Source: Clostridiales bacterium
GTDB taxonomy: Bacteria; Bacillota; Clostridia; Christensenellales; UBA1242
Assembly: GCA_918292005.1 (NCBI GenBank)
Contig: CAKJZJ010000007.1
Location: 21,411-85,410, forward strand
DNA: 64,000 bases
Direction of reading: 5' to 3'
The translations under genes were made by a program, and so were the position numbers. The notes under the pieces are model-generated. The model was not told the origin of the DNA, made no database searches, and worked only from the letters and a program-made list of their open reading frames with translations. Positions 1 to 9,481 of the stretch are shown one piece after another; position 1 is the stretch's first letter; the number at the start of each line of letters is the position of its first letter.

Positions 1-1
1 G

Positions 2-232
2 ATAGACGATAATGCAGCACTAGTATCTACCAATAATCTAGATTGCCTGCGAACCTACAAACATTTCAATGCAGGTGTCTATGTATATGGCGAGTCTATA
101 ATACTCATGCACAATGATATGAGAGAGATCATAGCTAGTAGCCAGAGCGTCAGCATCAAAGATTTGCAGAAAAGGAAAATTCCCGAAAAATTTTCTGCTG
201 CATGGCGAAAATTCACATCAATATTCAAATAA
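2..232 (+). CDS. 3' end of a CDS truncated by the window edge, product unknown
   Basis: Frame 2 is open from the first base for 76 codons (IDDNAALVSTNN...AAWRKFTSIFK) to TAA at 230-232. A hairpin terminator follows directly. Confidence 0.4.
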   Translation: MDDNAALVSTNNLDCLRTYKHFNAGVYVYGESIILMHNDMREIIASSQSVSIKDLQKRKIPEKFSAAWRKFTSIFK

Positions 233-237
233 AAAAC

Positions 238-270
238 ATAAAAAGCATATCCAGAAGATATGCTTTTTCT
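238..270. terminator. Bidirectional rho-independent terminator between convergent genes
   Basis: An 8-bp stem AGCATATC (244-251) / GATATGCT (257-264) with a 5-nt loop. An A-run lies upstream and a T-run downstream. Confidence 0.6.
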
Positions 271-272
271 TT

Positions 273-887
273 TTATACATTATTTAGATCAATATTTATA
301 TCAGATGCATCGAGTATTCCGTGGGTGACGAAATATCTAGCGATGTCTCCCCAATTACGTACTTCGTGTACAATAGGATTATCTATTGGTTTATTGACTA
401 GGTCGCAGTAATATAGACAGGGTATGCCTGCATCGGATATGGACTTTACATTGTCGTATAGGTCGTCTATCATGAGTTCTATACCTTCTTCTTGACAATG
501 TTCTAGTTTGGTGTGTCCGTCGTGTGTATATATTTTGGTGAATACATTTATTCCAGCGTCGTTTAGACGTTCATGGGTAATAACCAATTCTTTGTATGTC
601 TGGTCGCCACGATTGGTGATGACATACAATTCGTGCTTTTTGGCTAGTGTCTGAATGATTTTTACAGCATGTGGCATGATGGGTGCTTTCCTGAGAACAC
701 TCTCTAGACAATTTTCGAAAAAGTCGTCGTATTGTTTTTTGGTCCATGCATATCTTTTTTCTGCCAATAATTCTTCTCGGGCTATTTCGCCACTACCACC
801 TATCATCACATCATATATTTGTGCATTCACACGTAGTATATTTTCTGTATCAAATATTACACCATCTAGGTCTATAGCTATTTTCAT
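273..887 (-). CDS. HAD-superfamily hydrolase, nucleotidase-like
   Basis: The N-terminus MKIAIDLDGVIFDTE carries the HAD motif I DxDxT/V. Later VITNR and MIDDL match HAD motifs II and IV. Length is 204 aa. Confidence 0.6.
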   Translation of the reverse strand: MKIAIDLDGVIFDTENILRVNAQIYDVMIGGSGEIAREELLAEKRYAWTKKQYDDFFENCLESVLRKAPIMPHAVKIIQTLAKKHELYVITNRGDQTYKELVITHERLNDAGINVFTKIYTHDGHTKLEHCQEEGIELMIDDLYDNVKSISDAGIPCLYYCDLVNKPIDNPIVHEVRNWGDIARYFVTHGILDASDINIDLNNV

Positions 888-1098
888 AAGTCGCTCCTTT
901 GGGGGTAGTATAACACAATATGAAGAAATATGCCAATTAATTGGATATATTGTTGGGTAGATTTTGTTGCACTATAATTCAAACTGAATGTAGACATAAA
1001 AAGCGATGAATTTAAGCAGGGTTTCATTGTCGGCATAAAGGTCATGGAAAGTATTTTTATGGATAAGTAATGTGGAAAAAGAAATTTAATAAAAGCAC

Positions 1099-1127
1099 TT
1101 GCAAATAAAGTGATTATGGGATATAAT
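1099..1127 (+). promoter_or_regulatory. Sigma-70-type promoter for tRNA-Glu
   Basis: TTGCAA (1099-1104), a 17-nt spacer, then TATAAT (1122-1127), about 20 nt upstream of the tRNA 5' end. Confidence 0.6.
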
Positions 1128-1147
1128 ATTCTCGTTGTTGGATATAT

Positions 1148-1222
1148 GCTCCCATGGTCAAGCGGTTAAGACGTCGCCCTCTCACGGCGGAATCAGGGGT
1201 TCGAGTCCCCTTGGGAGTACCA
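1148..1222 (+). tRNA. tRNA-Glu (anticodon CUC), CCA encoded
   Basis: Hand-folded cloverleaf. Acceptor GCTCCCA/TGGGAGT has a G1-U72 wobble. The anticodon stem is TCGCC/GGCGG with loop CTCTCAC, giving anticodon CTC. The T arm is AGGGG-TTCGAGT-CCCCT, followed by discriminator A and CCA. The D region GGTCAAGCGGTTAAGAC is typical of Firmicutes tRNA-Glu. Confidence 0.85.
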
Positions 1223-1227
1223 AAAAA

Positions 1228-1254
1228 GTACAAGGCATTTTGCCTTGTTTTTTT
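1228..1254 (+). terminator. Rho-independent terminator after tRNA-Glu (copy 1 of a 36-nt repeat at 1219-1254)
   Basis: Stem ACAAGGC (1230-1236) / GCCTTGT (1242-1248) with loop ATTTT, followed by T7. Confidence 0.7.
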
Positions 1255-1370
1255 GTGTCTCCCAGGGGAGAGTGCTAGGGCACTCGGTGTGCGAATTGCA
1301 CACACTCGAACGGTACTCGCATGCGCGAGATATATTCGCTGAGCTCATATAGACGAGTCCACCTTGTCCT

Positions 1371-1406
1371 ACCAAAAAAGTACAAGGCATTTCGCCTTGT
1401 TTTTTT
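1371..1406 (+). repeat. Second copy of the ACCA + terminator unit (35 of 36 nt identical to 1219-1254)
   Basis: ACCAAAAAAGTACAAGGCATTTCGCCTTGTTTTTTT differs from the first copy only at one loop base. The bases just upstream (ACGAGTCCACCTTGTCCT) loosely resemble the tRNA T-arm and acceptor 3' half. Confidence 0.8.
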
Positions 1407-1416
1407 ACTTCCATAT

Positions 1417-1445
1417 TTGCAAAAATTTTCTATATGTGCTAGAAT
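1417..1445 (+). promoter_or_regulatory. Sigma-70-type promoter for the 1468 gene
   Basis: TTGCAA (1417-1422), a 17-nt spacer, then TAGAAT (1440-1445). Confidence 0.5.
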
Positions 1446-1467
1446 GAAAGTGTAGAGGGTTTAGGAA

Positions 1468-2532
1468 ATGAAAGAGACGCTCAAAATCGGCATTATTGGT
1501 GCCGGAAAACTAGGTAGAGTACTGGCCACTATGCTTGCTCATCATGGATATGATGTAGAATTGGCAGCGAGAACTGTCAAGTCTGGTATCAAGATAGAGA
1601 ATATGTACTGTTTCGATATCATTGGAGATTGGGGAGAGTGCTCCCATCTGGTCCCTGTGGTAAAGTCGATAGATAAATTCGCTACGAAAAAGGATATTAT
1701 TATCATTGCAACCAAGGTCTACGATACAGTGAAACTGTTAGACCAAGTAATGAAATATCTGACCAAGACTGGTACGGTAGTAACATTCCAGAATAGTTAT
1801 TGTATAGATGCACTACTACGTAAACTTCCCGGCATGGTCTCTGTATGTGCATATAGTGATTTTGCCTGTGTGGAAGAAGGTCAGTCCACTAGGGTTATCG
1901 ATTCCAATGGCATGACTATAGGTGTTTATGATAAAGGTGCATATACTAGAATGAAAAGAATAGAAAAGATATTCTCTACATTCTGTACCGTTCATACCAA
2001 TGGTAATATAGTAGGGTATGTGGTAGGTAGGAATATTATTAATTTCGCCATATCTGGACTGGGTGCAATATCTGGTATGAGACTGGGAGACATAATGAAT
2101 GATAGGAATGGCAGATTCCTTTTCTGCAAACTGGTAGACGAAGGTGTACGTGTATTCAAAAAGTATAGGGTAAAGATACTACCATACAATAATCAATTAG
2201 ACTATGATTTGTTTACCCAGAATGGCTGGAAAGCAAGTAGATATAGACGTAAAATCATGAATTTACTAGGTAAAAATAATAGATATGTCAAATCATCAGC
2301 ATTACACTCACTGGAGAGTGGCAAAAAGACAGAATTAGCATACATCATGGACAATTTTATGGCATTTGCAGATAAATTTGGGATATATGCCGAATATACA
2401 CGTGGTGTGAGTGATATGCTGAAAGATATAGAGTCGGGCATCAGACGAATAAATAATGATGCATTTTATGATGAAAGATTATTAAGTATAGGGAGAAAAG
2501 ATTATGATTATAGACGATATCAAAAAAGCTAA
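1468..2532 (+). CDS. Ketopantoate reductase (PanE/ApbA) family NAD(P)-dependent oxidoreductase
   Basis: N-terminal Rossmann motif IGIIGAGKLGRVLA...DVELAAR. The C-terminal KSSALHSLESGKKTELAYI resembles the PanE K-SM-D-G-TE motif. Confidence 0.55.
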   Translation: MKETLKIGIIGAGKLGRVLATMLAHHGYDVELAARTVKSGIKIENMYCFDIIGDWGECSHLVPVVKSIDKFATKKDIIIIATKVYDTVKLLDQVMKYLTKTGTVVTFQNSYCIDALLRKLPGMVSVCAYSDFACVEEGQSTRVIDSNGMTIGVYDKGAYTRMKRIEKIFSTFCTVHTNGNIVGYVVGRNIINFAISGLGAISGMRLGDIMNDRNGRFLFCKLVDEGVRVFKKYRVKILPYNNQLDYDLFTQNGWKASRYRRKIMNLLGKNNRYVKSSALHSLESGKKTELAYIMDNFMAFADKFGIYAEYTRGVSDMLKDIESGIRRINNDAFYDERLLSIGRKDYDYRRYQKS

Positions 2533-2926
2533 TATAGAAGCAATGAAACAAAAAGACACTAGGGCTAGAGCAATATATAGTGTCATTATGAATAAACATC
2601 TGCTAGCTACAGTAGATGCTAGAACTAATGGTAAAGAAGTAGAAGATGCCGACATGGTGAGAATTATCTCAAAGACTATCAAAGAATTGGAAGAAGAAAG
2701 AGACAATTATGCCAAAGTAGGCAATAAAGAAGAAGTAGAGAATATTGAATATGAGAGAAAGTTGCTCGAGAAATATTTGCCAAAACTACTCTCACGTGAA
2801 GAAATCAAAGCCATCATAATGAAGCTGGATGACAAGACTGTTCCTAGTGTTATGAGATATTTCAAGACTAATTATAATGGTCAAGTAGATATGAAAGAAG
2901 TATCCATTGTGCTTAAAGAGATATAA
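2504..2926 (+). CDS. GatB/YqeY domain protein
   Basis: 140 aa. The N-terminus IKKANIEAMKQKDTRARAIYSVIMN and the later LLEKYLPKLLSREEIKAII match the YqeY family layout. RBS GGGAGA. It overlaps the upstream gene by 29 nt. Confidence 0.75.
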   Translation: MIIDDIKKANIEAMKQKDTRARAIYSVIMNKHLLATVDARTNGKEVEDADMVRIISKTIKELEEERDNYAKVGNKEEVENIEYERKLLEKYLPKLLSREEIKAIIMKLDDKTVPSVMRYFKTNYNGQVDMKEVSIVLKEI

Positions 2927-2936
2927 TAAATAAAAA

Positions 2937-2960
2937 AGAACCATTTTAGGTTCTTTTTTT
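2937..2960. terminator. Bidirectional terminator between convergent genes
   Basis: Stem AGAACC / GGTTCT with loop ATTTTA, flanked by an A-run and a T-run. Confidence 0.6.
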
Positions 2961-4683
2961 AATATCCGTCAGGATCGTCTTCTGGGTCTTCGATACCTTT
3001 GATTTGATTCATTAGAGTGCCTATAGTTTTGGCTTCTCCTGGTCTAGGTTTGCTGAGTTTAGACGATGTCTCATCTATAAGTCCAATAGTGAATTGTGCC
3101 TGTGACATAGAGCGAACCAAAGACATGAATACATATTGAATATATTGCATGGTAGTCTCTGAATCGGCTTCACTATGGCTATTTATCCACTCATGAATAT
3201 TGTCTAGTACACAGGATATAGCGGGTAGTGATAACATAACATCATAAAATCTAGTGGTTAATCCTTTCTCGAAATATACGTCTTCTGGTCTAAGTCTAAT
3301 GAATTTATTATCGTCTAGTGATTTTTTAGCGCCATTAGGTCTATAAGACGCCCTGCCACGATTAGCATTTTCTTTCGTCACATCGGCCTTTAGTTCTCTC
3401 ACTATAGCATCTAATACATGGTGTAGTCGAGACCTATTTGCTGCTACGTGGTCGTATATCCAGTCTAATTTTTCATTTATAAGTTTAGGTGATTTATTTG
3501 CATGTAGTAGGTCGGGTAGGTGTCCTATACCATAGCCAGCTAGTGCCATGCATTGTAGTAATGTACTCATAAGAAGTGTCTCGTCGTGTCCGAAATTGGC
3601 ATCAGCTACCATATTTATGGTGTCATCGAACATCGCTTTTACTTTAGATGGACTTATTTTCATTCCACGTCTAGGCTCTAGGGTAGGATATATGCTGGCT
3701 TCCATCACATGTTGTGGTGGATAATAGTGTGGTGTGTGTCCCTGTTCGGCGCAGATATTATCGTATATATTTCTATATAGAGCGTCTTTGAAAGTACGTA
3801 GTTCTTTTAGACGTTCCCTTTTTTCTTTTTCATTTGCTCGAGCATTTCGATCTAGGTGCAAGTCGGTAGGATGATTTTTCTCATCATAAAAGCGTAGTGC
3901 TGTCTGATTGCTATACTCGGGTAGTCTAATTAGACTAGCTTTGCAAAAAGGGCTCATAATGGCTAACGTTGTTAGTCTAGCTTTTTCTTTTTCTATCTCT
4001 ATATCTATATCTCTAGATGTGTCTGCTGGATAACTATCAAATGATGGGCGCATACCTTCAAAATACGATGTACTGCCGTAAGTACATCCAGACTCTATCT
4101 GTTCTTTTACATCATCTGCAGTAAAATCTTCCGAGCTATAATCGTGCGTGATGGCATAATTGATTTTGTCTATTAGGAAGCTTGCACCATACAGTGCATG
4201 CAATTCTCTGCTAGGCTTGTCTGCATTGTCGAAAAATGTATCCAGCTGATAATTGACTTTCTGTATTTGGTCTAGCACATCATCTCCCGTGCCATTTATA
4301 ATATCTGCTATGTATCTATTCACTATTTTGGATACGCGTTTATATATCTCTACATCTAGGACGGCAGATCTGCTTTCTCTAGGTAGTGGACTTTCGCCCA
4401 ATCCCATTTCATCTATGTATATATAATTTAGTACATCTATGAGTGCTCTTTTATCTTTTGCAATAGTAGCAGATGTGGCAGGTCTATGGTCGTGAGTAAA
4501 AGATACCGATGTGTCTAAATTGCCATCTTTGCTACTGAGAGCATACATTGCAGAATTGCATGCTTTAGGTATTCTAATGTTGGTTATATCTATATTTTCT
4601 GACAATATACCCAGTAGTAATGTCAGAGACCTAATACTATCTCTAGTATATAGTGGATTTCTATTCTCTGTATTTTCTCCCAT
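2959..4683 (-). CDS. Hypothetical protein, about 574 aa, no recognisable motif
   Basis: Long uninterrupted ORF. The start is placed at the ATG preceded by GGGGAAAAATATT (M-G-E-N-T-E-N) rather than the ORF-track start at 4713. Confidence 0.6.
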   Translation of the reverse strand: MGENTENRNPLYTRDSIRSLTLLLGILSENIDITNIRIPKACNSAMYALSSKDGNLDTSVSFTHDHRPATSATIAKDKRALIDVLNYIYIDEMGLGESPLPRESRSAVLDVEIYKRVSKIVNRYIADIINGTGDDVLDQIQKVNYQLDTFFDNADKPSRELHALYGASFLIDKINYAITHDYSSEDFTADDVKEQIESGCTYGSTSYFEGMRPSFDSYPADTSRDIDIEIEKEKARLTTLAIMSPFCKASLIRLPEYSNQTALRFYDEKNHPTDLHLDRNARANEKEKRERLKELRTFKDALYRNIYDNICAEQGHTPHYYPPQHVMEASIYPTLEPRRGMKISPSKVKAMFDDTINMVADANFGHDETLLMSTLLQCMALAGYGIGHLPDLLHANKSPKLINEKLDWIYDHVAANRSRLHHVLDAIVRELKADVTKENANRGRASYRPNGAKKSLDDNKFIRLRPEDVYFEKGLTTRFYDVMLSLPAISCVLDNIHEWINSHSEADSETTMQYIQYVFMSLVRSMSQAQFTIGLIDETSSKLSKPRPGEAKTIGTLMNQIKGIEDPEDDPDGY

Positions 4684-4737
4684 AATATTTTTCCCCATTA
4701 AGATAAAGGCCATGTTGCCATGGTCTTTTTTTATTTA

Positions 4738-5196
4738 TTAATTATCTGTGTCCATGCCACCTTGACCATCGGTATAAATGGTAGGTAGTAAAGTATTGAA
4801 TACATCCTGAATGGTGTGTTTGTATCTAGACTCTATGGTGCCTGGAGTATTATACGCATTTTGTATACTGCCACCCATCCATTCAAGCACTGCTGCAGGA
4901 TCATAGTCAGCTTCTAGATGTTTCCTAGCATCTTCTATTGCTGCCTCGAGTTTCACATAGAATTCAGCACGTGCATCCAGATTTGTACTACCTGGATACT
5001 CTCTTCTGTATTTCTGTATCATCGTGTCGAATGTGAGTATACCATGGTCATTTATTCTGACTTTCATGAATGGTGTGTTTTTACCATTCTCAAAGAAAAA
5101 GTCGTCACGTATAAATGTAGGGTCTTTCTTGATAGTTGTTTGTGTAGTATTATTGTTGTGTTTTTTCTCTACATAATTTTTCAATTTTTTAAACAT
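4738..5196 (-). CDS. Hypothetical protein, about 152 aa
   Basis: ORF with an internal ATG (MFKKLKNY) preceded by the SD-like GGGGGAAAAAATT. The ORF-track start at 5271 lacks an RBS. Confidence 0.5.
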   Translation of the reverse strand: MFKKLKNYVEKKHNNNTTQTTIKKDPTFIRDDFFFENGKNTPFMKVRINDHGILTFDTMIQKYRREYPGSTNLDARAEFYVKLEAAIEDARKHLEADYDPAAVLEWMGGSIQNAYNTPGTIESRYKHTIQDVFNTLLPTIYTDGQGGMDTDN

Positions 5197-5281
5197 AATT
5201 TTTTCCCCCAAATAGTGCTCCCAAACACTTTTAATTATAAGTATTATATCATAGTGAAATATCAATTTCAATAGGGTTGTG

Positions 5282-5308
5282 AAAAAAAGACACCCCGGTC
5301 GGAGTGTC
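5282..5308 (-). terminator. Rho-independent terminator after the alpha-oxoamine synthase gene
   Basis: On the minus strand, the stem GACAC/GTGTC with a GC-rich loop is followed by T7 (the plus-strand A-run at 5282-5288). Confidence 0.55.
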
Positions 5309-5321
5309 GAAATATTATATA

Positions 5322-6533
5322 TTATTCATTTTCTGCTTTGTCAGGGTCGTATGGTGGGAGTGCTGCCAGGACTTCGGCTATAGCATTGATAGCCCTATCT
5401 AGTTGCTCATGAGTATGTGTAGCAGTATATGATGTACGTAGCAGGCTCTGTCCTACTGGTACTGCAGGGGATACACAAGGATTTACGTATACACCCCTGT
5501 CTTGTAACATTTTGCATGCTAGGAATGTACGTTCATTGGTATATGTGTATATAGGTATAATAGGAGTGGTGGCTTCGATTATCTTTACGCCTTTAGCCTT
5601 TAGACCTTTACGCATATAGTCGCTTACTTCTCTGAGTGCAGCCACTCTCTCTGGATGTTCACGCAGTATTTTCAGTGATGCTCTAGCACATGCTACACTA
5701 GCAGGGGTGATAGATGCAGAGAATATAAATGGTCTACTATTATTACGGATAAATTCGATTACTTCGTGGCTAGCAGCACAATATCCACCTAGAGATGCTA
5801 GGGATTTACTGAAAGTACCCATATAGATATCTACTTCTTTCTCTAGTCCGAAATGCTCGGCAGTACCACGACCGTGCGCGCCTAGTACTCCTAGGCCGTG
5901 TGCATCGTCTACCATGACTCTAGCACCATATTTTTTAGCCAAGGCACATATTTCTGGGAGTTTAGCTATGTCTCCACCCATACTGAATACGCCGTCGGTA
6001 ACGATTAAAATTCCTTTATCTTCGCCAACAGACTTTAATTGTCTCTCTAGGTCTTCCATATCTGCATGGTTGTAACGTAGCAATTTGGCATAACTGAGTC
6101 TGCAAGCATCATAGATACTAGCATGGTTTTCTTTATCTCCGATGATTACATCATTTCTACCAGCGATACAGCTGATAATACCTAGATTGCTCTGGAATCC
6201 TGTAGAGAATGTTACGCAGTCTTCTTTCTGTAGGAATTCTGCTAGTTCTTTTTCTAGGGCTAGGTGTTGGTCTAGTGTACCATTTAAAAATCTACTACCA
6301 CTACAACCAGTACCATATTTCTCTAGGGCTTCTACACCGGCCTTGATTACATCGGGATGACTAGTGAGTCCTAGGTAATTATTAGAGCCTATCATTACGG
6401 TATTTTTACCATTCATTATTACTTCGGTATCCTGACCAGATGTGAGTGGGGTAAAATACGGATACATATTGTTACTTTTCAATTCTCCTACATACTGCAT
6501 CAGTTCGCCGTGACACTTTTCAAATAAGTCCAT
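5322..6533 (-). CDS. PLP-dependent alpha-oxoamine synthase family acyltransferase, closest by motif to serine palmitoyltransferase/KBL
   Basis: SNNYLGL, GSRFLNGT, DDAHGLG and the PLP-lysine motif GTFSKSL are all present. Length is 403 aa. The GSRxLNGT form is the one I recall from bacterial SPT rather than BioF. Confidence 0.8.
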   Translation of the reverse strand: MDLFEKCHGELMQYVGELKSNNMYPYFTPLTSGQDTEVIMNGKNTVMIGSNNYLGLTSHPDVIKAGVEALEKYGTGCSGSRFLNGTLDQHLALEKELAEFLQKEDCVTFSTGFQSNLGIISCIAGRNDVIIGDKENHASIYDACRLSYAKLLRYNHADMEDLERQLKSVGEDKGILIVTDGVFSMGGDIAKLPEICALAKKYGARVMVDDAHGLGVLGAHGRGTAEHFGLEKEVDIYMGTFSKSLASLGGYCAASHEVIEFIRNNSRPFIFSASITPASVACARASLKILREHPERVAALREVSDYMRKGLKAKGVKIIEATTPIIPIYTYTNERTFLACKMLQDRGVYVNPCVSPAVPVGQSLLRTSYTATHTHEQLDRAINAIAEVLAALPPYDPDKAENE

Positions 6534-6565
6534 TTATTATCTCCTAAAAATGTAAACGTTGATTA

Positions 6566-6594
6566 ATTGTAGCATAATGCGAGAGATTTCACAA
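6566..6594 (-). promoter_or_regulatory. Sigma-70-type promoter for the alpha-oxoamine synthase gene
   Basis: Minus strand: TTGTGA, a 17-nt spacer, then TACAAT. Confidence 0.5.
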
Positions 6595-6761
6595 ATAAAT
6601 TGAATAAAAAATAGACCATACTTATTTACATATATTTGATTGTCGATAGGGTGGTTTTTACGCCTGCCCAAAAACCAGTTTCGAAATTGTAACTATCCAC
6701 ACTTTGTGAGATATGGCAGTTCATTCTGGGATATTTATTCGTAGTAGAGTAAAATTGTAAT

Positions 6762-6790
6762 AAAAAAACACCTAATTTTAGGTGTTTTTC
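6762..6790. terminator. Terminator downstream of the 6795-7304 gene
   Basis: Stem ACACCTA / TAGGTGT with a 4-nt loop, flanked by A- and T-runs. Confidence 0.6.
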
Positions 6791-6794
6791 CTTT

Positions 6795-7304
6795 TTACTT
6801 TGTTGCTTCTTCTTCGGTAGTTTCTAGATCTTTGCAAATTCTAGTATTGGTGGCTGCTGCAGCGATGCCTGTAACTATACCAGATAGCATCATAATGCTA
6901 CCAATCGTGCTACTGGTACCAGTCGCATTTTTGGTACGGACCTTGTCTTCTAGATCTGCTCTAGTTTCTGCAGGGGTATGCTTATTGTTGATTATATGCT
7001 GAATGATTGCATCCGTAGTAGACATTTCTTCTACCTGTTTATCGTAGTCGTCGCTAGATATCAAACCTTTGCTCACGTCCACACCCAGTCTCTCTAGGGC
7101 TTCATTACGCTCTTTTTGATATGTTTCATTGGTAGCAGCGTATACCCCAGCTGCAGTGTCTAGCTTGCCACATGTATCGTGGTAGGCAGCCGATGTTGTT
7201 ATTGATACTATTCCACCAGATAGTGTGGTTATGACTGCTAGTATTTCCGACCATGTGAGACCTTTCGATACCCATTCCAAAAGTTTTTTCTCTGTATTTT
7301 CCAT
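6795..7304 (-). CDS. Small membrane protein with two predicted TM segments
   Basis: Hydrophobic stretches ILAVITTLSGGIVSITT and IGSIMMLSGIVTGIAAAA. The start is placed at the ATG after GGGGGAAAATATT (MENTEKK). Confidence 0.55.
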   Translation of the reverse strand: MENTEKKLLEWVSKGLTWSEILAVITTLSGGIVSITTSAAYHDTCGKLDTAAGVYAATNETYQKERNEALERLGVDVSKGLISSDDYDKQVEEMSTTDAIIQHIINNKHTPAETRADLEDKVRTKNATGTSSTIGSIMMLSGIVTGIAAAATNTRICKDLETTEEEATK

Positions 7305-7523
7305 AATATTTTCCCCCATCAATTCGTGTATATTCTACCACACCGATTTTAGCAAAGTCAATACCCAAATTTATACTTTTACGAGTATTTTTTACATCTT
7401 ATTAGCTATTATTTAATATAATATAGTCTATTATATAAATATTTGTGTGATTTGCTTGTGGATAAATGGAGTTTATGATATACTTTATTCGTATAAATGC
7501 AAGTATTTTACATAATTTTTTAG

Positions 7524-9464
<1,941 letters not shown>

Positions 9465-9481
9465 GGCAAGGTTAGGGACTT

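Noticed and set aside
1256-1374. A second tRNA (for example a long-arm or Sec-type tRNA) ending at the ACCA of 1371-1374
   Set aside because: AGGGCAC (1277-1283) could pair 6 of 7 with the 3' strand TTGTCCT. However, no T-stem partner exists for CCACC, no 7-nt anticodon loop with U33 can be drawn, and no UCA anticodon is present. It is reported only as a structured insert or tRNA remnant.
1114-1414. Three overlapping 62-73 aa ORFs across the tRNA-Glu region
   Set aside because: They overlap a well-folded tRNA and its terminators, so they are spurious.
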